From Gammaproteobacteria bacterium (lineage in GTDB: Bacteria; Pseudomonadota; Gammaproteobacteria; Eutrophobiales; Eutrophobiaceae): DNA of 64,000 nt. Below are positions 52,359-62,622 of this stretch, piece by piece (within the stretch, counting starts at the first letter, position 1; each line of letters opens with the position of its first letter). The translations under genes and the position numbers were made by a program. The stretch is taken from assembly GCA_965215365.1 (NCBI GenBank), contig CBDCDS010000001.1, forward strand, positions 1 to 64,000, given 5' to 3'. Under the pieces are notes generated by a model. It had not been told where the DNA came from, made no database searches, and saw nothing but the letters and a program-made list of their open reading frames with translations.

Positions 52359-53755
52359 CCGATACTCTCCAAATAACGGCGCGCCTCGGCCACCGCTGCG
52401 CGCACCCTAACCGGGGCGGTGCCGCCGGCGTGGTCGCGCGCGGTGACGCTGCCTTGCAACCTCAGGTAATCATACACGTCTGCTTCAATCCCGTCGTGGA
52501 ACTGTCGCAACTCCGGCAGTTCCAGTTGTTCCAGTTCCTTGTCCTGTCGCAGGGCATACTGCACGGTCTTGCCGACAATGGCGTGGGCGTCCCGGAACGC
52601 CACCCCTTTCAGCGTCAGGTAATCGGCCAGATCGGTGGCGGTCAGGTAACCCTGCTGCGCGGCCTCCTGCATGGCTTCACGCTTGGTTTGTATCGACGGC
52701 AGCAACTTCAGGTAGGCTTGCAGACACAGTTTCAGCGTATCCACTGCGTCGAACAGGCATTCCTTGTCCTCCTGGTTATCCCGGTTATAAGCCAGCGGCT
52801 GCCCCTTCATAATGGTCAATATGGTTATCAGGTCGCCATATACCCGGCCGGTTTTGCCGCGCACCAGTTCTGCCACATCCGGGTTTTTCTTCTGCGGCAT
52901 GATGGAGGAACCGGTGCAAAACGCGTCGGCGATGTCGATAAAACCAAAGGCCGGCGACAGCCACAGCACCAGCTCCTCAGAAAACCGCGACAGGTGCAAC
53001 ATGACCAGCGCCGCGGCGGCGCAGAACTCGACCACAAAGTCGCGGTCGCTGACCGCGTCCAGCGAGTTTGCGGCAATGGCGGGGAAGTCCAGCAGCTGCG
53101 CGCTCAGGGTCCGGTCGATGGGCACGCGCGTGCCGGCGAGCGCCGCCGCACCCAGCGGCAATACGTTGATTCGTTCCAGGCAATCCTTAAGGCGCTGCTC
53201 GTCGCGCTTGAGCATTTCATACCAGGCCAGCAGATGGTGGCCGAAGGTGATCGGCTGCGCGCCCTGCAAGTGGGTATAACCCGGCATGATGGCGTCGGCC
53301 TCCTGTTCCGCCAGCGTTACCAGCGCCTGCATGTTCTGCGCCAGCAGGGCGCGCAGCACGGCTACCTCTGCGCGCAGGTACAAGCGCAGGTCGGTAGCAA
53401 CCTGATCGTTGCGCGAACGGCCGGTATGCACCTTCTTGCCCACCTCGCCGACCTGCTGCACCAGCGCCGCTTCAATGTTCATGTGCACATCTTCTAGTTC
53501 CTGCTTCCAGCTGAACTCGCCAGCCTCGATCTGTGCCAGGATGGCATTCAGGCCGGCACAAATCTCCTCACACTCGGCGTCCGTCAACACACCCACGCGC
53601 GCCAACATCTGCACATGGGCAACAGACCCCTGGATGTCATAAGGCGCCAGCCGCCGGTCAAAAGATACGGATTCGGTGAACGCCTCCACGAATTGATCCG
53701 TCGCTTCGGTAAAGCGACCACTCCAGGGCTTTGCTGTGTCGTTAGCGGTTGGCAT
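52355..53755 (-). CDS. argH: Argininosuccinate lyase
   Basis: [38 protein letters not shown]; start 53755 or 53770. Confidence 0.97.
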   Translation of the reverse strand: MPTANDTAKPWSGRFTEATDQFVEAFTESVSFDRRLAPYDIQGSVAHVQMLARVGVLTDAECEEICAGLNAILAQIEAGEFSWKQELEDVHMNIEAALVQQVGEVGKKVHTGRSRNDQVATDLRLYLRAEVAVLRALLAQNMQALVTLAEQEADAIMPGYTHLQGAQPITFGHHLLAWYEMLKRDEQRLKDCLERINVLPLGAAALAGTRVPIDRTLSAQLLDFPAIAANSLDAVSDRDFVVEFCAAAALVMLHLSRFSEELVLWLSPAFGFIDIADAFCTGSSIMPQKKNPDVAELVRGKTGRVYGDLITILTIMKGQPLAYNRDNQEDKECLFDAVDTLKLCLQAYLKLLPSIQTKREAMQEAAQQGYLTATDLADYLTLKGVAFRDAHAIVGKTVQYALRQDKELEQLELPELRQFHDGIEADVYDYLRLQGSVTARDHAGGTAPVRVRAAVAEARRYLESIG

Positions 53756-53774
53756 CGATTGGTTAGCCAACGGC

Positions 53775-54098
53775 CTACCCCGGCGTCAACAAATTTGCGC
53801 TCATCATTCTTTCTTCTTTGGCTTGTCTGCTACGCGCCTGCGCCAGTTCATAGCTTGCCTGCATCCGCATCCAATGCTCGGCCGTGCCCCAACCAATATC
53901 TTCCAGTGCCAGCGCAATGTTAGCGGACATGCAGGCCTCACCGCTCAGCAGGCGGGACAGCGTCGCACGCGCGCAACCCAGGCGCTCCGCTGTTTCGGGC
54001 AGGTCCCAGCCTGCCTCGTCCATACTCTCGCGCAGCAATTCACCCAAGTGGGGTGGGTTCAACATCTGACCGACACCTTCGCCGTTACTCTTGTTCAT
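53775..54098 (-). CDS. higA: HigA-family antitoxin (HTH)
   Basis: [43 protein letters not shown]. Confidence 0.85.
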   Translation of the reverse strand: MNKSNGEGVGQMLNPPHLGELLRESMDEAGWDLPETAERLGCARATLSRLLSGEACMSANIALALEDIGWGTAEHWMRMQASYELAQARSRQAKEERMMSANLLTPG

Positions 54099-54118
54099 TT
54101 GTGATATTCTTTGTGCAG

Positions 54119-54222
54119 TCAGTGATAGTCGATAAGGTCTACATCTATAACCTCGTTACCCTCAAAGCGAAACACCACGCGCCAGTTGCCGGATACACGC
54201 ACACTCCACTCGCCTGCCCGAA
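54119..54222 (-). pseudogene. C-terminal remnant of HigB (RelE/ParE-family) toxin
   Basis: Minus strand reads RAGEWSVRVSGNWRVVFRFEGNEVIDVDLIDYH*; 5' part missing. Confidence 0.8.
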
Positions 54223-54279
54223 TCGAGCGATTATAGCGCGCCGCGTTACCTGCCGCAAACGAACGCGCTGCCCACACAT

Positions 54280-55275
54280 TTATTTTGACCAGGTATCGGT
54301 GGTAGCGTTGTAGATAAAACAGGGCTTAAATTCGCCTGCTTCGACGACACAAACCTCTGTCAAGCGCCGGACCCCTCGGTCTTCCAGGTAATCCATATGC
54401 AATACCAGGTCCAGGTTGTGCAGGTATTCGCTCTCAATCACCTGGAACGGCAGTGTGGAGCGACCCAGGGTCAGGCTGACCAGGCGCCCGAGCGCGGCAC
54501 CGGCGTTATTGGCGTGCAAGGTGGTGCAGACGCCGCGATGGCCTGTGTTCAAGGCCTGGTAGAACACCTCGGCGGCAGCGGGTTCCCGGATCTCGCCGAC
54601 GATGATGCGGTCCGGGCGCTGGCGCAGAGCAGTCGCCAACAGTTTTGCCAGGGTCAGGGCCGGAGTATTCCCGGAATCATGTTGTTGCGCCTCCATGCGG
54701 ATAACGTTGGGCGCGTTGAGCATGAGCTCGCTCACGTCCTCACATACCACGATGCGTTCACGCGGCGGAATAGCGCAGGACAGGGCATTGAGCAGAGTGG
54801 TCTTGCCGCTGTTAGTGGCACCGGAAATCAGGATGTTGCTGCCCTGCGTCATCGCCTGCAGCAAGGTTTCCTGCATGGCGGCACTGATGGTGCCCGTCTC
54901 CACCAGGCGCGTTAAATCCAAGTTGTGGCGTCGGTGCAAACGGATCGACAAGGTGCAGCCGCCGGGCGTGGCCGCAGGCAGGGTCGCGCACAGCCGGCTG
55001 CCGTCCGGCAGGCGGGCATTGATGATCGGAGTCCTGACCGGGTCGAAATACTGCGACAAGGCGTTGGCGATCTGCTCGATCAAGGTGGCGACTGAGGCGT
55101 CATCGCGAAACGCCAGCGCGGTTTTGTACATGCCGCGCTGCAAGTCATCCGCCCAGATCTCATCGTAGCGGTTGACCATGATGTTAGTCACCTGATCGTC
55201 ATCCAGCAGGGATTGGATAGGAGTAAGGTAAAACCTGACCAATTCCCAGTCGGCGCCGGTCAGTGCGGTAAGCAT
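54280..55275 (-). CDS. VirB11/TrbB/CpaF-family secretion ATPase
   Basis: ARLPDGSR, GATNSGKTT, CEDVSEL, LRQRPDRIIVGEIR, NTGHRG..TTLHAN. Confidence 0.9.
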   Translation of the reverse strand: MLTALTGADWELVRFYLTPIQSLLDDDQVTNIMVNRYDEIWADDLQRGMYKTALAFRDDASVATLIEQIANALSQYFDPVRTPIINARLPDGSRLCATLPAATPGGCTLSIRLHRRHNLDLTRLVETGTISAAMQETLLQAMTQGSNILISGATNSGKTTLLNALSCAIPPRERIVVCEDVSELMLNAPNVIRMEAQQHDSGNTPALTLAKLLATALRQRPDRIIVGEIREPAAAEVFYQALNTGHRGVCTTLHANNAGAALGRLVSLTLGRSTLPFQVIESEYLHNLDLVLHMDYLEDRGVRRLTEVCVVEAGEFKPCFIYNATTDTWSK

Positions 55276-55419
55276 GATGATCCGTTATTCATTTCCGTAA
55301 TGTTCCAGTAGATGGCCTTACTTCTGCCATTGTAACCGAATTATTTTTTGCTACAATCCCCGTTCTTGAGGAAACAACCGGAGGGCGCCGGCGGGCGTGG
55401 AACGTCGGCAGCCAAGACT

Positions 55420-57075
55420 ATGGATGAACTGCTGACCCGAATCGCAAGCTGGAGCGACCCCTGGTACTGGGTGAACATCGCCGCGCTGGTCTATGCCAAC
55501 GCCGTTATCGGCTTTCTGCCCCTGTCTTCAACGCGGGAGCTAACGCCAGCCGAGCACCTGCTCATGCATGCGCGCCGGGTTCTGCTGCTGCTGTTCCTGC
55601 TGTTGTTTCCGGGTTTTCCCGTGTGCCTGTGGTTGCTGGCTGCCAATGCCAGCGGCTCGATTACGGTGGCAAATAATATTGTTGACATCGTCATCGCCAG
55701 TCAGGCCGGGAGCGTGTGGGGACTGTTATTGGCGGGCCTGCTGGCGGGGTTGCTGACCCGCATTGTATTTCTGCGCTACCTGTACCCGCGCTTCTCGTCC
55801 TGGTACATCTTCAGACGGGTGTCGCAGCGCGGCGATCATGTCTCCGATATACGCAGCGAGGCCAACCGCTTCCGGGAAAAACAGTTCCGGCCTGAGCAAC
55901 ATTACCGGCAGGGAAAAATGTTCATGGGCTTGCGGCAGGACAATACCCCTTTGTACCTTTCCGTACAGGACTGGAAGACCTGGAACCAGCGCCTGGTAGG
56001 CGCCACCCAAACCGGCAAGGGCATCCTGTTCGGGGTGCAACTGGACCAGGCCGTGCGCCAGGGGTTCTGTACGGTATTCTTTGACCTCAAGCCGGACCGA
56101 CACGCGCTTGCGCTCATGCGCAAGGCCTGCGCCGAGAGCGGCCGGCGGCTGGTGACTGTGGACTTCAACGGCGAGTTGCCCGGGAAGTGGTCGCCATTCA
56201 GAACCGGCACCGAGCGAGAGATCAAGACCCGGTTGCTGCAGGCCTACAACCTGACCGAACGGGGTGACACCGCGGACTTCTACCGCCTCGAGGAGCGGGA
56301 GTTCTTAGAATCCATCTTCGACAAGTGGAACAAGGAGTTGATCGACCTGCCCCGGCTGCTGCGGGCTGCGGCCAAGCCGCCACCCACCGTCACCAACCTG
56401 ACGCGCGAGCTGCTGGCACTGTCGGCACTGAAACCGGGGCGCAGCAAGGGCCTGGATGTCGAGCGGGTGTTGCGCGAGAACGCAGTGCTGTATGTGCGCT
56501 CGTCCACCACCGACCCGGTGATAAAACGCGCCACTCAGGTGTTTCTGCTGTGTCTGTTGCAAGCGGCGACGCGCCTGTACCGGGAGCGCGCCCGGGACAG
56601 CCACCTGTTCATCGGCATAGACGAGGTGAAATTCCTTGCCAGCGATATTCTCGGCGATCTGCTGGCGACTATCACCGGGTTTGACTGCCACCTCGCCATC
56701 GCCTATCAAAGCCTGGGCGACCTGAAATCCGTGAACCGGCGTCTGGTCAATGTGGAAGCACTGGAGTTCAGCGTGGAGAATAACTGCAAGATGTCGCTTT
56801 ACTACCAGCCCACCGACTTCGAAACCGCCGAATACGCGGCCAAACAAAGCGGCACCAAACAGGCCAGCCGCTATCGCATGAACGTGGATCTCAACAAGGC
56901 CGGTGGCGAGGTCTATGCCGACCGCAACCTGATTACCCAGGAAGATGTGTACTACATCCATCCCAACACCTTGATGATGTTGCCGGCGCGGGTGGCCATG
57001 GCCAAAATGCCGGGGCAACTGGCAGAGATAATCCATACCTGCTGGGTGGAGGTGGACCCTGCTTATCTGGAATGA
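55420..57075 (+). CDS. Type IV coupling protein (VirD4/TraD superfamily, MobB-like)
   Basis: N-terminal TM helices, Walker A GATQTGKG, DLK, ADFYR, Walker B IGIDE, AYQSLGDL, TAEYAAKQSG. Confidence 0.82.
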   Translation: MDELLTRIASWSDPWYWVNIAALVYANAVIGFLPLSSTRELTPAEHLLMHARRVLLLLFLLLFPGFPVCLWLLAANASGSITVANNIVDIVIASQAGSVWGLLLAGLLAGLLTRIVFLRYLYPRFSSWYIFRRVSQRGDHVSDIRSEANRFREKQFRPEQHYRQGKMFMGLRQDNTPLYLSVQDWKTWNQRLVGATQTGKGILFGVQLDQAVRQGFCTVFFDLKPDRHALALMRKACAESGRRLVTVDFNGELPGKWSPFRTGTEREIKTRLLQAYNLTERGDTADFYRLEEREFLESIFDKWNKELIDLPRLLRAAAKPPPTVTNLTRELLALSALKPGRSKGLDVERVLRENAVLYVRSSTTDPVIKRATQVFLLCLLQAATRLYRERARDSHLFIGIDEVKFLASDILGDLLATITGFDCHLAIAYQSLGDLKSVNRRLVNVEALEFSVENNCKMSLYYQPTDFETAEYAAKQSGTKQASRYRMNVDLNKAGGEVYADRNLITQEDVYYIHPNTLMMLPARVAMAKMPGQLAEIIHTCWVEVDPAYLE

Positions 57076-57100
57076 CGAACGGGCGGCGGGCCATAGGCGG

Positions 57101-57433
57101 CTACTTCTCCGTCTTTCCGTTCACGCCCGGCGCCTCCTGCCACTTGCGCGGCGCATTGTTTGCCACTTCACGGGCCAGTGCCGGCGTCCCGGTCGGGCAC
57201 TTGTTCAGAAAGCGCAAACGCGCGGCAAAGGTGGCCGGCCAGGTGAACTTTTTAATTCCGAAATAATGGGACAGGGCCGGGTTACAGGCAGAAGGCCGCG
57301 CCGGCGAGGACAGGCACAACAAGGCTTCGCAGGACAGGCGCGCGACCCCCGTCAACAACTCGGCGCCGGAAACAACGGCTGGCCCCGGGCCCAGCGCCAG
57401 CAACAGTAACAGCAGACAATATTTCCGTTTCAT
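57101..57433 (-). CDS. TrbM/KikA-family conjugal transfer protein
   Basis: Signal peptide then LTGVARLSCEALLCLSS..RPSACNPAL..YF.I...RLRFLNKCP. Confidence 0.82.
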   Translation of the reverse strand: MKRKYCLLLLLLALGPGPAVVSGAELLTGVARLSCEALLCLSSPARPSACNPALSHYFGIKKFTWPATFAARLRFLNKCPTGTPALAREVANNAPRKWQEAPGVNGKTEK

Positions 57434-57523
57434 ATCCGGTTCTCCGTATTTTTGGTAAGGATCAAGGAACCCCCAATTTTCAGAGGCGCCCATCAACCAA
57501 GCGTATAACAGCGCTTTTCCCAT

Positions 57524-57552
57524 AAAAAAAGGCGACCGAAAGATCGCCTTTT
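57524..57552. terminator. Intrinsic terminator
   Basis: AAAAAAAGGCGACCGAAAGATCGCCTTTT hairpin with A/T tails, right after the 57560 ORF. Confidence 0.65.
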
Positions 57553-57559
57553 CCGCCGG

Positions 57560-57931
57560 TCAGCTCCAACCTGCTACAAGCGCAAGAGGCATCTCGCGTT
57601 GCTGTTGGACGCTGCGAAGTTGGCGCACCGGTTCCAAGAATGCCAGACAGACGGTTATCTCCTCAAAACTGTCAAAATTATTGACCGCATCAGCGTAGTC
57701 AACAACAACAGTGGAGCAGTAACCTTCCTTTGCATCCTCGATACGGATCTCGGCAACACGGAAAGGTGCACCGAAGCCCTTGACCTCAAAGGTCATTTCC
57801 CGATACCTGTCGTTAATCAGGTGACCGGGCTCGACTTCGCCGTCCCTGACAATCGTGTACCAGCCATCTTCATTTCTCTCTACCCGGTGGGCAGAGTCAA
57901 TACCAGCAATGAGTTGATAATCTACGCTCAT
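57560..57931 (-). CDS. Hypothetical protein (123 aa)
   Basis: GAGG RBS, downstream terminator; no recognisable motif. Confidence 0.55.
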   Translation of the reverse strand: MSVDYQLIAGIDSAHRVERNEDGWYTIVRDGEVEPGHLINDRYREMTFEVKGFGAPFRVAEIRIEDAKEGYCSTVVVDYADAVNNFDSFEEITVCLAFLEPVRQLRSVQQQREMPLALVAGWS

Positions 57932-58220
57932 GATCGCTACCTCAAGAAAGAGTTTCAGGGGTAGGCAATCCGCAACTATCCGGAGGACCCGGATAAATCC
58001 GGGTCGCCCGTTTACTCAAGGACAACTGTATCCTGCTTCGAACCACAGTGCAAGATTTTTTTACAGCAGATTTTTTACGGCCATTCCCGCCGACACCAGG
58101 GTAAGATCATACTTTTTAGGAACCTCTAAAAATGCCCTCCATGGCATTGTTAGAGACGGAAATGAAAAAGTGTGATTTTTCATTTTCAATCACTTACGTT
58201 CTTAAAAATGGCAGCACAGG

Positions 58221-58603
58221 GTCAGGTACAGATTGCGTTGGACGGGAAGACCTTGCGGCGTTCACATGACGGGGTGCGTGATACGGCCCTGCACAGTATC
58301 ACGGCCTGGGGGCATGAATGCGGGCTGGTGTTAGCGCAGGAGAAGTCATCGGGGAAGAAGAACGAACAGGCATCGGTGTTGGCGATGCTGGATATGTTGC
58401 AGGTCAAGGGGGCGCATATCACCGCTGAGCTGAGCGGGTGGCACAGGGGATACGCCGGCATTGGGGCGTGGAGCACAAGGCACATTGGGAAGAAGAACAG
58501 TATGCGGGGAAAACTTAAGCAGGCCGGGTGGAGTGATACCCGGCGCGCAGAGATTTTATTCGGACAGCCTGCATAATATGTATAAAAGTGTGCGGTTGCC
58601 CTG
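58221..58603 (+). pseudogene. Internally deleted ISAs1-family transposase remnant
   Basis: IALDGKTLRRS...LVLAQ...KKNE joined to C-terminal SMRGKLKQAGW; right end TGCGGTTGCCCTG; preceded by family C repeat 58119-58219. Confidence 0.8.
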
Positions 58604-58744
58604 ACAATAATGAGACAAAAAGCAAGTGGTGACCGAAAAAGCGCTTGCCAAGCCTCGCCAGACAGATGATAATGCACTGACATTGTGCGAAGGGCGTCCC
58701 CGGATGCCGCGCCGTTATTCCAACCAAATAGCAGGGAAGCAGCC

Positions 58745-59650
58745 ATGGCTGAATTCGACACCATCACCAAGCGCCTCGTCCATACCTGGCCCCGGGATTT
58801 TGCCTGCTTTGCCCTCGGGCGCGACGACCTCGAGGTACTGGATATGCTGGACACAGAACAACCCACCGTTGAGGCGCGGCGTATGGATAGTCTTATCCGG
58901 GTACGCGTTGAGGGCCAGGAGGCACTGGTACATTACGAATTTCAGACCACCGACAGCGACCCGCCCATGCCGCGGCGTATGGCCGGCTACTTAGGGCGCG
59001 CCGTTGAGCGTTATGGTTTGCCAGTGTACGGCAATGTCCTTTATCTGCGGCCCGAGGCGGGCCGCTCTGATCCGGGCTGTTATGAGCAGGGGCGCTCTGG
59101 CTACCGCGTGCTGTTACAATACCGGGTGATGCGCTTGAGTGAGCTGAAAGGTCAGGCCGTGCTTGAGGCAGGGACACCGGGCTGGCTGCCGTTGGCGCCG
59201 TTGATGCGGCCTCCGTCCGGGCTGGCGCCTGAGGTTTGGTTACGCCGTTGCGTACAGCAGGCGCAGTCGATGCCGTTGACTGAAACGCGCAAGATTGATT
59301 ATCTGGCGCAGCTTGCGATTTTAAGCGGGTTGGTGTATACACCGGAGAGTATTATGGCTGTGATTTCGGAGGAGACCATGTACGAATCATCGATAGTGCA
59401 ATATTTCACAGAAAAAGGCATCAGACAGGGCATGGAGCGAGGTATTGAGCAAGGCATGGAGCAAGGCGGACGGCAGCGCGCCGCGGAAGATTTGCTTGAG
59501 GTGCTGGAGCTTCGTTTCGGACTGGCCGCATCGGATCCGTTGGCGGCGCATCTGCGGGCCATTGGCGATGTGCAACGTCTTACCCGGTTGCACCGGGCGG
59601 CGATACAGGCGCCCGACCTTGATACCTTTCGACAACGGGTCGGCGAGTAG
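58745..59650 (+). CDS. Rpn/YhgA-like PD-(D/E)XK nuclease family protein
   Basis: FDTITKRL, RRMDSL, HYEFQT..D..MPRRM..Y, C-terminal xxGxxxG repeats. Confidence 0.78.
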   Translation: MAEFDTITKRLVHTWPRDFACFALGRDDLEVLDMLDTEQPTVEARRMDSLIRVRVEGQEALVHYEFQTTDSDPPMPRRMAGYLGRAVERYGLPVYGNVLYLRPEAGRSDPGCYEQGRSGYRVLLQYRVMRLSELKGQAVLEAGTPGWLPLAPLMRPPSGLAPEVWLRRCVQQAQSMPLTETRKIDYLAQLAILSGLVYTPESIMAVISEETMYESSIVQYFTEKGIRQGMERGIEQGMEQGGRQRAAEDLLEVLELRFGLAASDPLAAHLRAIGDVQRLTRLHRAAIQAPDLDTFRQRVGE

Positions 59651-59872
59651 AGGCGTTTTTAATCAGATAGTGACGCTGCGGGATGCCTGCAACCTGACCG
59701 GCGCAACTGACCGTGGCCGCCATCAACCGGAAACTGGTAAAGTACCTTAGAACACCACAATACCTACCGCCCCATATCCACGTACATGTCGCGCTGGCGT
59801 TTTTTCAGTTGCTCCAGCGTATGGTTGTGCACTTCCAGCGTGCCCTGCCCGCCGACACATCAGAACCTCTAA

Positions 59873-60043
59873 CCCGCATATCTCACCAAGTCGCTTGTTG
59901 CCTTGTGAAACATAATGGTTCTCAATAAGTTATGATAATACTGCTGCTCTTTCCACATAACACACTGCGCTTGATGCGCCCTAGGGAAGGGGCGCATCAC
60001 AAAATCCGGTGCGATCTCCGCACCACTTGGTGAGATATGCGGG
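59873..60043 (+). mobile_element. MITE family A copy 4 (171 bp, internally shortened)
   Basis: Both TIRs present; CTAA on the left and CTAA on the right once the nested element is removed. Confidence 0.88.
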
Positions 60044-60046
60044 CTA

Positions 60047-60390
60047 GTAACTACTCGCCCCTTGGTCGTCATTCCCGCGAATGCGGGAATCCAGTGGAAA
60101 AAGTCCCGAAGGGACACTTTATAAGGTGTCGCGAGCGACTGTTTGATTGACTGGATTCTTGCATTCGCAGGACAAATCGGCAGGATAGCCGAATTGCAAA
60201 CTACCTCCCTGTAGTTTGCCCCGTTGGGCCAGCTGCGCTGTCCAAATTCGTTCCGGACGAATTTGTGCACAGCGACAGCTGCCCGCAGGGTTGCGTCCAG
60301 GGCCTGCCCCGGTATGGAGTTGAGCCGGGGGAAGGACGCAATGAGTGACGGTGAGGAGGGCAGGAATGACAAACGGGGGCGAGTAGTTAC
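60047..60390. mobile_element. MITE family B (344 bp) with 8-bp target duplication
   Basis: Perfect 15-bp TIR GTAACTACTCGCCCC; GCGGGCTA at 60039-60046 and 60391-60398; internal GTCATTCCCGCGAATGCGGGAATCCAG palindrome. Confidence 0.85.
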
Positions 60391-60430
60391 GCGGGCTAAC
60401 CTTCATTACTTCCTGATATACTGACCAGCC

Positions 60431-61915
60431 ATGAGCGCAGCACAGCTGAAACAATCCCCACGGCTGCCGGATCCGGAGCGATTCGATACCCTGGAGCACT
60501 GGATCATCGTAGTCCGGGCCGAGGACGCAGAAAAACCGTGGCCGTCTTTCCCCTACCGGGATGTGCTGCGCCGGCGCTACCAACGCCTGCGTAACAACCG
60601 CGCCGATGAACCATTGTTGACCGACCTGCCTAACGACAAAGCCAGCCATGTCGCACTCGCCACCGTCAAACCCGGCCTGTCCGCGTTTGCGCTGCTCACC
60701 CTGGCGCGCAAACTGGTGGCGGGACACCGTGCGTACCCGGCATCGGAACTCGGCATTGCAGTGGTCGGCTTTGCTGCGAAAGAAGCCGCGCGCACTGCGG
60801 AGGCCCTGCTCGCAGCAACTCTGGCGGCAGATGCACCAATGCCTGATTTTCAGAGTAAGCAAAAGGACCGCGCCAGGCTAAAAAAAATCCACTTGTACGG
60901 CGTGGCGAACAAGTACGGGTTCGACCGCACCATTGCCGAAAACGAGGGCAACGCCCTGGCGCGCTACCTGACCGCGTTGCCACCCAATGAACTGACCCCG
61001 GCGCGCTATCGCAAACGTATCGCCGCCCTGGCCGGGGACTACGGTTGGAAAAGCCAGTTCTTCAGCATCTCTCAACTGGAAAAAAGAAAAGCCGGCGCGT
61101 TCCTGGCCGTAGCCCAGGGCAGCCCGCAACGGGACGGCGGTATCCTGCGCCTGCGCTACCTGCCGGCGGCACCGGCAGGCGCAAAGACTCTGGCGCTGGT
61201 GGGCAAGGGAATTTGTTTCGATACCGGCGGCGTCAACTTAAAACCGCACAATTACATGATGGGCATGCACGAAGACATGCAAGGCAGCGCGGTGGCGCTG
61301 GGCGCGCTCACCGCCCTGACCCGGCTCCAAGCGCCGTTCCCCGTTGACTGCTGGCTGGCGATTTGCACTAACCACATCGGGCCGGAGGCCTGCAACCCCG
61401 GCGACATCGTCACCGCGCTGGACGGTACCAGCATAGAGATCGTGCATACCGACGCCGAAGGCAGGATGGTGCTGGCCGACACTCTGACGCTCGCCGCCCG
61501 CAATAAACCGGCACTGATTATCGACTACGCAACCCTGACGGGCGCCTGCATCCACGCCCTCGGCAAGACCTACAGCGGCGTATTCAGCAATCGCGCCGGG
61601 CTGCTACCAACACTGATCAAAGCCGGCGTGGACAGCGGCGAGCGGGTGTGGCCGTTCCCCATGGATGAGGACTACGACAAAGCGCTGGAGAGCAAGTTCG
61701 CCGACCTCAGACAATGCAGCAGCGACCCCGGCGTGGACCACATCCTTGCCGCGCGCTTCCTGCAGCGCTTCGTCAAGCACGATTGCCCATGGATACACAT
61801 AGACCTCTCCGCCGGCAACAACCAGGGCGGGCTGGCCCACATCCCCACCGACACCACCGGCTTCGGGGTGCGTTTTACGCTGAACCTGTTGCTGGAGCAG
61901 AAGGTAATGCGATAA
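60431..61915 (+). CDS. Leucyl aminopeptidase (M17 family)
   Basis: VGKGICFDTGGVNLK, DMQGSA, HTDAEGRMVLAD, ATLTGA, WIHIDL. Confidence 0.92.
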   Translation: MSAAQLKQSPRLPDPERFDTLEHWIIVVRAEDAEKPWPSFPYRDVLRRRYQRLRNNRADEPLLTDLPNDKASHVALATVKPGLSAFALLTLARKLVAGHRAYPASELGIAVVGFAAKEAARTAEALLAATLAADAPMPDFQSKQKDRARLKKIHLYGVANKYGFDRTIAENEGNALARYLTALPPNELTPARYRKRIAALAGDYGWKSQFFSISQLEKRKAGAFLAVAQGSPQRDGGILRLRYLPAAPAGAKTLALVGKGICFDTGGVNLKPHNYMMGMHEDMQGSAVALGALTALTRLQAPFPVDCWLAICTNHIGPEACNPGDIVTALDGTSIEIVHTDAEGRMVLADTLTLAARNKPALIIDYATLTGACIHALGKTYSGVFSNRAGLLPTLIKAGVDSGERVWPFPMDEDYDKALESKFADLRQCSSDPGVDHILAARFLQRFVKHDCPWIHIDLSAGNNQGGLAHIPTDTTGFGVRFTLNLLLEQKVMR

Positions 61916-61927
61916 CCCGCCGCGCAA

Positions 61928-62374
61928 CTACCAGACCCCGACATTCTGCGCCGATGCCCACGGCTCCTGCGGCGGCTGCGCCTCCCCCTTCTGCAACAAC
62001 TCAATAGAGATATTATCCGGCGTGCGCAGGAACGCCATATAACCATCCCGCGGCGGCCGGTTAATGGTAATGCCACTGTCGGCAATCTTGCGGCAGGTGG
62101 CGTAAATATCGTCCACCTCAAAAGCAACATGGCCGAAGTTACGCCCGCCGGTATATTCCTCCGGGTCCCAGTTATAAGTCAACTCCAACACCGGCGCCGG
62201 CATTTCCATCCCCTGTGCCTGCTCTACATCCCCGGATGCCGCCAGGAACACCAGCGTAAACCGCCCCTGCTCGCTCTCCGTGCGCTTCACCTCCTGCATG
62301 CCCATCACGCCACAGAAAAAATCCAGCGTCTCATCTAGGTTCGAGACCCGCAGCATGGTATGTAAGTATCGCAT
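61928..62374 (-). CDS. gloA: Lactoylglutathione lyase (glyoxalase I, VOC family)
   Basis: [35 protein letters not shown]. Confidence 0.9.
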   Translation of the reverse strand: MRYLHTMLRVSNLDETLDFFCGVMGMQEVKRTESEQGRFTLVFLAASGDVEQAQGMEMPAPVLELTYNWDPEEYTGGRNFGHVAFEVDDIYATCRKIADSGITINRPPRDGYMAFLRTPDNISIELLQKGEAQPPQEPWASAQNVGVW

Positions 62375-62386
62375 CGGTTGTCTCCT

Positions 62387-62617
62387 TCAGTTCTTAAACC
62401 CAACCTTGACCGGCCCGACATAAGGCACCTTCATGCTCCGACCATCCGCCACAGAAACTTCACGCATGGACTCGGTCGCAACATTAAGCTGATGCGCAAT
62501 ATGTTCCGGAATACACAACATCAACGCCCCGGTATCAGCCAGCGCCTTGACCTTCACCGGCGCCAATTCCCGCTCCCGCGCGTTGCTTAATTCAATGTCT
62601 GTGAAGATGTGTCCCAT
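62387..62617 (-). pseudogene. Clan AA (retropepsin-like) aspartic protease, C-terminally truncated
   Basis: ALADTGA motif, VADG flap; stops before the usual LLG motif. Confidence 0.65.
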
Positions 62618-62622
62618 AGTTT

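Noticed and set aside
59740-59865. Minus-strand peptide fragment VGGQGTLEVHNHTLEQLKKRQRDMYVDMG next to MITE copy 4
   Set aside because: Looks coding but has no start and I cannot assign a family; too short to support.
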